DNA of 64,000 nt from Raillietiella orientalis (taxonomy: Eukaryota), in NCBI GenBank assembly GCA_036172245.1, contig JAYWIR010000008.1, positions 3,844,001 through 3,908,000 of the forward strand, given 5' to 3'. Under the pieces are notes generated by a model. It was given only the letters and a program-made list of their open reading frames with translations. It did no database searches and was not told the origin of the DNA. This document shows, in pieces, positions 13,382 to 24,276 of the stretch (its first letter is position 1; every line of letters begins with the position of its first letter). A program made the translations under genes and the position numbers.

Positions 13382-13930
13382 GAGTCCGCGTTGGTGGCCA
13401 CGGGGCTGCGGCGAGTGAATAACCAAGCGTCACGGGTTCGAATCCCGCCCGGGGGAGAAGAACCGATGTTGAGGAACGGGGGAAGATAACATCGTGAGTT
13501 TCGAGTCCCCTTCCCCCGCAGGATGACGCTGGTCGGCCTCGGGTGGCTTCGGGTACGGTGGAAACTGGATGCCCCATTGGAAAGCCTCCTGGATTGGTAG
13601 GTCGATCCTCCAGGGTGCCTTCCGGGAACCAAATAGCCCTTTGGGATTCCCCTCCGATTGTGCAAATGGAGTCTTCGCTCCCTCTATCAAGGGAGACCCT
13701 CTAACGCGTGCCATGGAGCAGGTTGATACACTTCTTCCCGGGAAGTTGCCTCTCCAGAGTGTCAAGAAGGGCGCAGCTCCCTTCGGGGAGCGCCCTTCAG
13801 GGAAAATTGGGAGTGGACCTTCGGGGTTCTCCTCAGAGGAGGAAGAAACAAAGAGCCCATTCTTTCTAGGGAGTCCCTCCGGAGACAGCCAGGGCAAGGA
13901 CTCCCTTCGGAGTCTCGCACTAAGCGTAAG
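13382..13930 (+). mobile_element. tRNA-headed SINE-like repeat, copy 1 (3' boundary uncertain)
   Basis: A-box-like TGGCCACGGGG (13395-13405) and perfect B-box GGTTCGAATCC (13435-13445) in a T-arm-like stem. The body aligns colinearly with the reverse complement of 19713-20169. No intact cloverleaf, so this is not a tRNA gene. Confidence 0.7.
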
Positions 13931-14869
13931 AGGAAGCTTCCTGGACTCATAGGGTGGTTCTCTCCCGGTTTTTTTTTAAGAATCCTGCTCTTCGAGCTCT
14001 CGCGGCTGCGGCACCCTTCTCGGTCCGCGTGGCCCTCCGCCTGCTCTTGAGAAGCCGCCTCGTCGTCCGCGCGCAGATCTCCCGGAGTTCCTCTCCTCCC
14101 TTTTCCGGCGGGTCCATGGTCAGCTGACGGATCCAGGGAGACCTCAAAAAGCGAAGCCGGCGTCCGCCTGACTCGTTAAGGGCGGCGGCGGAGGAGGGGT
14201 CGGTCAAGCGGGGCAACGTCGCGGCTGCTCGGTCCAGATCCTGAACTCTCCAGAAGACGTTCGCACCGAGTCAGAGAGACGGGAACGCGACCTTGGGGCG
14301 AAGCGGAAAGCAGCGCAACGAACTGGAGCGCCTCCCGACTTCCTGGGGCGGTCGGCGCAGGACGCGGGGTATCTCCCACCGCCTCCGCGAGACCCTTCTT
14401 CTCCGGGGACGCACCGCGAGCCGAGCGCCTCAGCGCCACCTCGACCCAGGGAGCGGGGAATCGCACGGCAGGGCAGCTCGGCTCCCGCGAGCTCCCGGAT
14501 CGGTCTGGAGAGGAAGGAATCGGATGGAAAGGTCGGCGGCGGCGGGGAAGAGGCCACCCGCGCTGGACCGCTCTGCCGTAACTTCGGATCAAGGCTGCCC
14601 GAGGGGCCTTCGGGTGCATCGGGAACCTCTGATGGATTGGACGTCGGCCGGAGACGGACAGACAAGGAGCCAGTCCCTACTGGCTCCTTTGGACGTCCTC
14701 CTTCCCTCGAGTCAGCTTCCCCAAACGTAGGTCTCGAACTTTGAAGACTCTCTTTGGGGATCTTCTTGGGTCCACGACACGGCGTGCGGGACGACGCCCC
14801 CTCGCGGAAAATAAACAGCCGCTGCCTCCTCACCCGGGGTCCGCTTCAAAATCCCGAATGCCGAGACCA

Positions 14870-15330
14870 CAATCATTAAAAATAAACACAGGGGATCATT
14901 ATAGGAATTCATGTATACACACACACCTACACATGTGTGTGTATGTTTGTGTGTGTACATATATGTATATATGTGCTTATTAAGGTATACATATTAAGGA
15001 TTACGTATTCTTAAATAAATATGTATTCTTATAAATATATATGCTTATTATACATCAACACACGCACACACACACACACACATATATATATATTGATGTA
15101 TATGATAAGCACACATATTTATTTTTCATTAGCTTTAATGCGTGTATCAGCAACATAATCAGCAGCTTATTAATTTTATTAATAAAATGCATGTCAATAA
15201 ATGTCTGTTCCAATAATATTACTGTTGAAATAATGTGTGTTATTAAGTATGAATAACTGCGTGTATCAGAATAAGTTTGTAGATTCATCTGCGTAGAATA
15301 ATAAGCACGTGTGGTTCATTTTTGATGATC
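14870..15330. repeat. AT-rich island with (CA)n/(TG)n/(TA)n microsatellites
   Basis: Abrupt drop in GC inside GC-rich DNA. Dinucleotide runs at ~14911-14975 and 15058-15092. Confidence 0.85.
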
Positions 15331-16857
15331 TTTCGGGATTTTGATCGCCTCCGCTTCCCGCGAGGAAACGGCGCCTTCCCTCAGGGAAACGGCGGGGCAC
15401 TCCCCCATCCCGGATATCCTCCACGCTTGTGGGAACGAGAGCGACTCGGGCAGCAAGAACTGCCATCCCGCTTTCTTCCCGCCTTGTTCCCGAAACCTCC
15501 GGAGAAGCCAGAGCATCTCTCGGCCGGGATGCGCGCGCGTTCGCGAGCCGCTGGGATGAGCCTTTCGGAGCAGAGAAAGTTCGTTCCGTTGCCTAGGCAA
15601 CCCTCCTCCGGACTCGCCTCTGGAAGCGGGTCCGCGAAGCGAACCAGCCCTACAACTGATATCAGGGATCATTAGTTCCAGGCGCCTCCTCTGTGCTTGC
15701 AAGAAGCCAAATCGAAAGCATCGGGTCAATCAAGCGCCTCGCATGCAGAAACTTCGAACCTTCCCGAAGGGCGTTCCATTTCTCAGCATCCCTCTGACTG
15801 CTTCTGACGCAGGCCATAAACCATGCAGTGGTAGGCACGACGTGCCTACTAAAAATAGATCTTCCGAGATGAACGCGAAGTCGTGGAGGGGGGAGGGGGT
15901 TCGGAGCACAGTACGCTAAGCAGGAGCCTGCCAGGAACGACCGCCGCTGGATTGAGAGCTCAGACGCGGGAGGGGAAGAGTGGGGAGAGGTCCGAGGACG
16001 CGGAAGCGCCGGCGAAGACGGACACCCCTCGAGAACGTCCCGTGCGCAGGCTGAGTTCGGAGGCTCCGCTTCCCTTTCCTTGCGCCGATGCGTCCGCCGG
16101 GAGAGGGATGGACGGCGTGTCGCGACCCCCGGCAGGGATTCGAGACGAAGAGCGGGAAGCCAGGAGCTCGACGAAGCCCCGGAGGCGATGCGACCCGCAG
16201 GGCGGCTAAACTTCCACCCGTGCAAGACGCGAGGACGCCTTCCCCTGCAGCGAAGCCATCCCAGAGTCATCTTGTGGGGCGATCGAAACCACCGACGCAT
16301 GCAACTCGGTGTCTGTCCCCGACGCGAGGTATTTCTGCGACTCCCGGGGAGAGCACCCACGCACTGCGGGCGCCGAAAGCGCCAGAGAGGAGGATGGGCT
16401 TCCCGAGGGCACCGTGCGGACGGACCGCATGGTGCAGATCGCACCAGACAGGAGGCGACGCCAGAAACCCGAACAAACCGTTCCCTTTTCCTGCAGCCTC
16501 CTCTCGGACGTCTGCGACGGTCGAGATGGACTCCGTCCGTCATCGGGAACTCTGCAAGGGGAACGCTTCATGAGCTCTTCAGTTTCCGAAGAGCTGCCGT
16601 GGGGTCGTGGCCGATGCCGCGAAGGGATACTGGCGGAAGTTCGCCGCAGCGCCATTCCAGCGCCTCCGGGCGCTAGGCGATGGGGCAGCCGAAATTTCGG
16701 GCCCGAGTTCTCGATCCCTGAGCCGACAACCCAGCATTCGATTACAGCGCGAGCGACAGGCGCGGCGAGAACGAAAACCCTGACGAAGAGCTCGAGACAA
16801 AGTTCCTACGAGACGACCCGAGTCCCCACCGACGCGGCGTGGGTCACACCGAAGACT

Positions 16858-17897
16858 AGTTGTCGGAGCCACAGTCTATGCTAAGTCTATTTAGAAGGAG
16901 TCAGTCAATGCTGCACTCCTTCTACAACAATCGCTCGCTGCAGGACGAAATGATGCAGCCCACCACATGCGAGTGGGCGCAAAGAACCTCCCTAGCCGCG
17001 GCACTGCCCTCCCTCAGGGAGCACCTGGGCAGTAACCATCTGGTCAAATGGGGGGTGAGTTGCGAAATCGGTTAGAAGACGAGGAAGCTGGGTGGTTGGA
17101 CCATGGGCCAGCTCACGGACGCTGCAACACCAAGTGCCCCACCCAAGGGACTATTGCGCTGGAGTGAGCTGCTGGGAAATCCCACAGGAAGACCTCGAGT
17201 GGCCTCCAGCGTTGAAGAACAATCGGGCCCTCCCCCTGAAGTGGCAGGAGTCGGCACTTTTGCTGTTGCACTAGGGTCTCCCGTGCAACGCATGCCGCTC
17301 TCACTGGACCCGGAGGGCTGTGGACCCCAACTGTGGCAGTTGCGGGGGACGGGAATCCTTCCCATACCTGCTCGTTGACTGTGTTTCTCTCCGCCCCTGT
17401 GGTTGCATTACGCGACGACCCTTGGTGCATCGACGCACGATCCCAGGGACGTGATGAAGAGCCTCTTCATGATGAAGCGATGTCCTTTCGCATGCCTCAT
17501 CCCTAGCAGCCCTTTGCTGCCTACGAGGGATTGTGGCGGCCTGGAGCTACGCGAGGAGGACAGCGCAGTAGGGACGCCATCTGCTTCGCCCTGAGCTCCA
17601 TGAGAACGACAGCTAGATGACCCCAACTGGAGCATACTCGGATGGAAATTGCATACTGGAAAGGATACAGAAGACGCCCTCCAGCTCCCTCTCAACCCCC
17701 CCATTTTTCTTGTGAATATTGTTTTTGTTTTTATTTTTATTTTTGTTTGTCACCGCCTTCTCCACTGCCGTGGCGAACCTCGCCGGCCTGCGTGCTGGTT
17801 ACTCGGCAGGTTCAGAGCATTCTCGGACAATGTAGGCCCGAACACTTGTCTATTTATTATGTTCTATAATAGACGGCCCGGCGTGACCGGGTGATAA
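16858..17897 (+). mobile_element. L1/Tx1-clade non-LTR retrotransposon, 5'-truncated decayed copy A
   Basis: Frameshifted ORF2 C-terminus LKWQESALLLLH.GLPCNACRSHWTRRAVDPNCGSCGGRESFPYLLVDC (zf-RVT-like motif), a T-rich 3' UTR and the terminal hairpin cccggcgtgaccggg. Exact 10-bp TSD accgaagact at 16848-16857 and 17898-17907. Confidence 0.85.
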
Positions 17898-18858
17898 ACC
17901 GAAGACTGTCCTCAAGGACGACCGGCGCGCAGATCTTCGAGACAAAAAAAAAAAAAAGGCGCCGGCGACGGGATGAGGCACCACAGGCTAGCTGAGGAGC
18001 GCCGCATCTCTCACGAATCCAGGACCACCCCAGCGTCCACGGTCCCGCAGAGAAGACTTCATCCCTCCTCACCACTGCCGGATCGCGCATTCGAGACCAA
18101 TAAGCGATCTTCTTACGGTACTTGCGGGACTTGGCCGGATGAACCGGTCCGGAACGAAAGGGGTGAAGCCTCTCTAGGGTGGTAGGAAGGGGGGGGGGGG
18201 GCAGAACAAGGGTGAAGAACTGGGGATAGGAGATGAGTCTAGCAGGTAAATGGGGAGCGGGGTGGACCGGCCTCATGGAGACGAAAAAGGGTTGCCGAGG
18301 CCCCACGTCGGGTAGGAGCGGAAGGCGCGACGGGGGAGGGGGAAAGGGGGACACGAGCACTCAGCGGTTCGGAGCTGCTCGGGGGAGTGGGGGAAGCACC
18401 GAGCTGGCGCAGACACGGCATACCAGAATATTCCGCCCAGGGGCTGAAGAGCGACCGCGGCCGTGCTGCGTATCCACGTGGCTCGACGCTTCCGGCCAGG
18501 GAGCGCCGCTGACGACCGGAAAAGCCCTCCAGCGTCCCCAGGTCACCCGCGTTGTGGCTTCGAAGAGTCTCCCGCAAGGATGAGAGAGGTAGGCAGCTTC
18601 CCCGAGAGACCTTGGAGCCCTCCTAGCGCTAGGGGCGAGGGTGGTCGAACCCTCCAAGCTTTCCCGAAACCACGGAAACCTGCGGCGAACGGAAGATGAA
18701 CTCAGCCGGGGGGTGGGAGCTCTTCGAGCCCCCTGACCCCTTTCGCTTGCATCTGTCCCCAGACGTCCCACCACTGCCAGGCGGCTTCCCGTTGGGAAAG
18801 ACTTTGGAACGCTCGGTGAGGTTCGGCGACCTTAAGGCCTTTCCCGCCCGCTCCGGAG

Positions 18859-19712
18859 TTTCCACCCGGGTACGCCGGGGCCTTTATTACAAACTCTACG
18901 TAACGTGGCACGAGGCCCCACTAACGGCCAACACAACACCGGACTTGCCGGGACGCCGGGACGCAGACCGGCATGACTCTCCTCGGCAGTGGAAGGGGAT
19001 GGGGGAAAAACAAAAAGAAAAATAAAACACAAAGAAAAACAGAGGGTGTTGGAGGGTCGGGAAGGGATCACAGGCCACCGGGAGGAGGACCCATCCTTTG
19101 CAAGATGCCCTCGAGGTCCCTCTTCAATCGTCTTAGTTGGGGCCATCCAGTTGCTCTCAGCATGAAGCGAACAGCGGGCTGACGTTCCTCTCGTTGGCAT
19201 CTTCATCGTCAGCTTCGCTCCAAGCCGCCACAATTCCACGGGTGCAGCAGTGCTGCTGAGGCTGCAGCCGGCTGCAGGGCGTCCCGCACAAAGAGAAGCC
19301 GAAAAACGTCTCTGGCGCGATGCCCACCGGGATCCCAAGGGTCGCCCCAAAACGTTCCCAAAAAAGTCGGAGGACAGGACAGTCAACAGTCAGGTGGGGG
19401 AAAGACTCCCGTTCCCCACACCTGGCACACTCAGGATGTACTCTCCCCCGCGTCCAGTGGAAGCGGCGTGCGTTACAGCAGCAGAAGCGCCGACTCTTGT
19501 CATTTCAGGGGAGAATCCTGGATCCTTTCAACAGTGGGGGCCACTTCAGGTCATCCGTCGAGATGCCGAGCAGCTCGCCCCATCTCATGAGTCCACGCGG
19601 AAGGACACTCGGGGTTGCAGCATCCGCAAGCTGCCCCCTGGTCCATCCACTCATCAGCTCCCTCCTGCATGCAAGATCGCGGATAGCCAGCAAGGAACCT
19701 CTTCCTTGTTCT
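18859..19712 (-). mobile_element. Same L1/Tx1 family, copy B, inserted into a tRNA-headed repeat
   Basis: The minus strand reads GWTRGQLADAATPSVLPRGLMRWGELLGISTDDLKWPP...HWTRGRVHPECARCGERESFPHLTVDC. Same 3' UTR; 3' end aataaaggccccggcgtacccgggtggaaa. Candidate TSD ctccggag (18851-18858) / ctccggtag (19713-19721). Confidence 0.85.
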
Positions 19713-20169
19713 CTCCGGTAGGTACGCGCCTTGTTCCCCCCTCACTGAAGAAAACCTCGAAGGGACTCTTCCCAATTTCTCTGAAGGGAGCAGCGCTCTT
19801 CTCGACACTCTGAAAAGGTACCAGCTTCATGTTACAAGATGGAAGGTCCGCCCCGAGGGGAGAAGGGGGGGGAAGAGCTCCATTTGCACAACAGGAGGGA
19901 ACCCTGTAGGGCTCCTTGGTTCCGGAAGGATCCCGGAGGGTCAACCTCCGATCCCGGACAGTCAAACGGAAGACGTCCAGTTTCCACCGGTGCCACACCC
20001 GAAGGCCACCCGAGGCCAACCAGCGTCATCCTGCGGGTTGAGGGACTCGAAACCCAAAACGCATCCCCCATTTCTCGGCGTCGATCCTTCCTTACCCAGG
20101 TGGGATTCGAACCCGCGACGCTCGGTGCCACGCGCGGAGACCACAGCCACACGACCGCCGACGCCACTC
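19713..20169 (-). mobile_element. tRNA-headed SINE-like repeat, copy 2 (interrupted by LINE copy B; weakly resumes below 18858)
   Basis: B-box on the minus strand at 20103-20113. It shares several blocks with copy 1: cccgcaggatgacgctggtyggcctcgggtggc, cggtggaaactgga, ttgtgcaaatggag and cagagtgtcragaagrgcgc. Confidence 0.7.
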
Positions 20170-23100
20170 TTTTGTCCCCAGTCCGACACGCGGTGGGGTA
20201 AAAACAGCAGCAACAACGGCACCGAGCACGATTGCACGTCACTCACTTTCACTTTCAAAAGTGTTTGTTGAGCCCGGTGGATCGCTTCCTCTGGCCTTTC
20301 CGGGTCTGCACAGGCGAACCTACACTGTTCCCGCCCCTTGCCTTACGATCCTTCCAGTAGTGCAGAAGGGTCCACGATAAAGCCCTTCCGCATTCCCAGA
20401 TGTTCATTCCCCTTTTTGAAATCCCTTGGGGAACGTGTGGTGCGTCGCACGGGAGGCCACTGGTCAGCTTCGTTCTCCCAACAAGGATGCTCGATCTCCG
20501 AAAGAACGCGACGACCACATCGCACTGTGGGGTTGCAGCGGGGCACACACCTTCCTCTCCCTGGAGCGACCCTTGAAGACCCTCCAGTCTGTATCGGTCT
20601 TGCACAGTTCATTCGCACCGCTCTCCAGCCCTGGACAGGGGCTGTAGCAGGGGGAAAGACGGCGCTAATCTTAAACAGCCTAGGATGCATGCCGTCCACT
20701 TCCTCGTTCTTTCCGTTGGCTCGGGAGCCGTTGCCTCACAGTCCGGCGCCATCAGAGCAGCTCCACCACGCCGTCACGCGTATACCCGGAAGGCTCTCCG
20801 GTCTTCGCGCACGAGAGGCACTCGGCAGACAGGGAAGGGGACCTGCAAATGGAAGACCACCTGAGTCCCAGGAGATCATCGGGCCGCCGGTGCATGCAGC
20901 GTCCCCTGAGAACACGCCTCCGAAGCCTGAGCTATCCCAGAGGCATCTTGCGGGGTTCCCGGAGCCGCTGACGCATCCGACTCGGTGTCGGTTCCCGACG
21001 CGAGGTGGCGCGCGCGCCATTGCCGCCAATGCGGGAGAAACTCCCCTCTCCGTGGCAAGCGCGCCAGCGAGCGCACGGGACAGTCGAAGGCTCCCTTGTG
21101 CGGATGCGCGCGCGTGCTGGCGTGCTGGGGAAGCGATTCCCCCATCCCTTCCCCTGCTACCCCTCTCCCCTGTGAGTTTCCGCGCCTCCTGGTGGCGAAA
21201 GACCGAAGCTCCTGGTGCTCCGATGACGAAGGCCCCACGCAGCACCATGGAGCGAAAAATGGCACGCGCCCCGGCCCGTCCGAGCTGGCCGGGTTTCCTG
21301 CGTCTGCAGAGAACGGCCGTGCTGGAAAAAGCCCCCAGGCGTTCCGAAAGGAGCAGGGCGCGTCCTTTAGAGCCGTCGCGAAGACCAAGCCGAGATCTTC
21401 CTCGTCAAGGCGGGTCGAGTCTCATACCGAGTGCAAGAAGGAGGCAATTAACGGTGGCGGACGTCTTCTCGCTCCTTGGAAACGAGGTTTCCCCAGGGTA
21501 CGGTCCACAGCTTCCCTAGAGATCCACAGCGGATTCCGGAATTGGGGGGGAGGGGAAGGAGACAAGGGTTTGTCGCGCGCGTCTCGGCATCTTCAAATTA
21601 ACGGCGGACACGGAGGAACGCAATCAACTCGCTCAGCGCGACACCGGAGGACGTCGCCGAGCACGTGCAGCGGACAGCCACTTGCCTTCCCGTGGTGGCA
21701 ACGCCGGGAAAAGGGAAAAAGTGCTCTCTCCCGGATCCAGACGGCATGGAACGGCTGGAACACCCGGCGGCAGCTCAGTGATCGCAGGAAGGAAGAGAGG
21801 CGGGTGAGGCGATTGCCCGAAGGGGCGATGATGCATCCGTCCCTTCGCCGTCGTTCCTCGGGAAGCTGGACGAGGGGGAAGGAGCCGCCGAGCTTGTTTC
21901 CTCCCTCGGGGATCCAACTCGTGGTGAGAATTTCGACCCGCGAACCCCGAGTGGTTGCGGGAACCTTCGGGAGGGGCGGGAAAGGGGCAGGGAGAGCCTT
22001 TGCAAAGCGCCGAGAGATCCGGAGGCTTCTCGGCCTTTTGGCTAAGTGCAGGCGCAGTAGGCTCGTGCGGTTCCGTCTCTTCCTCCATCCAGGTCCGGAA
22101 CACGCAGCCGTCGCGAAAGGGCGGCGGCTCACCACTCCCCACCTCCATCACCCGGGATGGTCACCGCGCATCCAGGAAGCTGGAAAACCGAATTTTTCAG
22201 CCTCTTCGGATCCTGGTCGCCATTAGCCAAGGCGTGTCCCATGGCTTCCGCAGAACCGCGCGAGGGTCTGCGTGGACTGGCGCGTCCGCAAGAAGGAACC
22301 GATCCCCGGGCTCAGAGTGGTCCAAGAGGAGGACTCGCATCGCCGTTTTTTTCTGGTCTGACCGAAGAGCACGCGCGCGGGGAAGCGATCGTCTCCTTCC
22401 CTGGCTTGGAGAGATGGGAATGGTCCTTCCTGGAATCCGCCAGCAGGGACCGACTGCCCTTAGAAAGGAGTCTGGAACCTCCCGGTCTCCGTCCGGAGCG
22501 ACATGCGTCCATCCGCGGAAAGGGGGGAAGGGGTTTTGCGCAGAGGATGGGAGGGAGAACGACGAGCTCCCGGAAAAACCGGTGTCCAGTACACTCGATG
22601 TCCTGTCCGCCTACCACACGCCCTCCTTGCCCCACGGGCACCTCCGGTTCTGGAACGTTCGAAGCGGGGCCCAGGGCCAAAAGTACCCAAGGAGCATCCG
22701 AGAACCGACCCGATCCAAAGGATGTCTTTTGCAAGACCGTCAGCGCCGTCCTCTGCAGCGGAGGTCATAGGTAGGGAGGTCTGGCTTGCCCTTCCCACGG
22801 CAAGAAGGGGCGACAGCGAGCGTCGCTTGCTGGGAGCTCCTCTTCCAGGTGGGCATCTCGGCGGGGGCATTTCGGCAGCCACCGTCTCCACCGTTCCCAG
22901 AAGCTTCTTCTACGGAGGAACCCGCGGGCTTCAAGGGGAAGGAACCCAGGTAGCGCAGAGCGCCTGTGCGATGGCAGCAGAGGGTCCGCGGATGCCGGCG
23001 GTTGCGTAGAAGAGCACATCCTTCCCCGGCGAGCAGTGCCAGGGCCGCTGCGCGCGGCAGCACGGGGCGTGTCCGCTCGCTCCCGTGGTCACGGGGAAGA

Positions 23101-23428
23101 AACGGGAGGAAAGGCGGCATCAGCAGCGGCTCAAGTTGGCCCCCGCGGCAGGGCAAAGCAGAGGCAGGAACCCGGCGCCGTCCTCCGCGTCCAGAGGGCC
23201 GCCGGCTCATAGGCGCGGCCGCTCAGGGACGCCCGCACTCCCACCGGGAAAAGCGATGTCAGGGAGGGGTCGAGCAGGTTGGCATGCGACCGAGGAAGAG
23301 GTGCGAAGGTGCAGCGGTGACCACATCGAGAGAGAGAAGGGAGATCCACTGGCCACACTTGGGTCCCGAGAGGCGGAGCCCCGTGGATGCGGATGAGTGA
23401 TCGAACCTTCAAGCCACACAACCATAAA

Positions 23429-23552
23429 GCTACATCCACATCTATATCTATATCCACATCTATACTTATACCTATGTCTATATTTATACTTACATCTACA
23501 TCTATATCGATATCTACACCTATAACCATACCTATATCTACATCCGTATATC
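23429..23552. repeat. Degenerate hexanucleotide microsatellite (TATATC/TACATC)n
   Basis: About 20 imperfect units. It explains the 'IDIDVD' run in ORF 23131..23529. Confidence 0.9.
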
Positions 23553-24141
23553 AGGTATGGATGTAGTTTCCGGTTTGTGGGTTGCTACATGCCCAAGGGT
23601 TGCAGCAACCCACAAACGTCCCGGGAGCGTTGCATGTCGGTGCATGCCATCTGCGTCCTGAGTGGTTTTCCATCTCCTTTACCCAGTTCTTCCTGAATGC
23701 TGTTGCCTGGGGACCACGCACCGATGAGTCGCGCCGGTGCGAGGACTCCTTCCTCTTCCTGGAGTCTTCCAGAACCGCGGAGCTGCTCTCAAAAGACCGC
23801 TACGACGATTAGGGTGTCACCCGCTCATCTCGCAGCACGGAAACCGGAGCTCTGGCGGCCGGCGGGTTGGGAAGAACACGGGGAGGGGAGGCGAGCGGCA
23901 GTGTTCCCTGGATAAGAACTCGACGCGAAGCTCCCTCCTTTTGAAGAGTTCTATTTCCTGGGAGCTCCGTGCAGCTGCGAAACGTACTGTCCGTCCCATA
24001 CGTCCGAAACGCATGTACTCGAGAAAGGCATTCTTAAACGGACTACTTTCCCGCGCGCACGGCGAGATCTCAAGCGTTTCTACGTAGCCTCAGTAGCGAG
24101 CTGGAAACCCTCCACCTTCCCCGCATACCACCCTTCTAACT

Positions 24142-24276
24142 ATGCGGCAGCGGTAGAAGGAACAAACGTCTCTTGCGTTTCATTGACCTTCCACGATTCT
24201 ATAGGGTGAAACGAACATGGCCACAAGCAAGAGCAGGAAGAGAGTAGGAGGAGGGGGGGAGGACGCTGAGGGGAAG
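24142..24276 (+). repeat. Left copy of a ~135-bp direct repeat flanking LINE copy C
   Basis: Aligns with 25863-25993 (8 differences in the first 60 nt; roughly 80% overall by eye). Confidence 0.9.

Noticed and set aside
13382..13456. Functional tRNA gene (also 20095-20169)
   Set aside because: The B-box and T-arm are present but there is no acceptor or anticodon stem, and homology between the two copies continues for hundreds of bases. It is a repeat head.
17944..17957. Poly(A) run as the tail of LINE copy A
   Set aside because: It lies ~36 nt beyond the 3' TSD, and similar A-runs are frequent throughout the window.
20240..20700. Possible second LINE 3' fragment on the minus strand (EIEHPCWE / IWEC, tgaaag repeats)
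   Set aside because: The motifs lie in different frames, there is no second copy and no TSD. A profile search would be needed.
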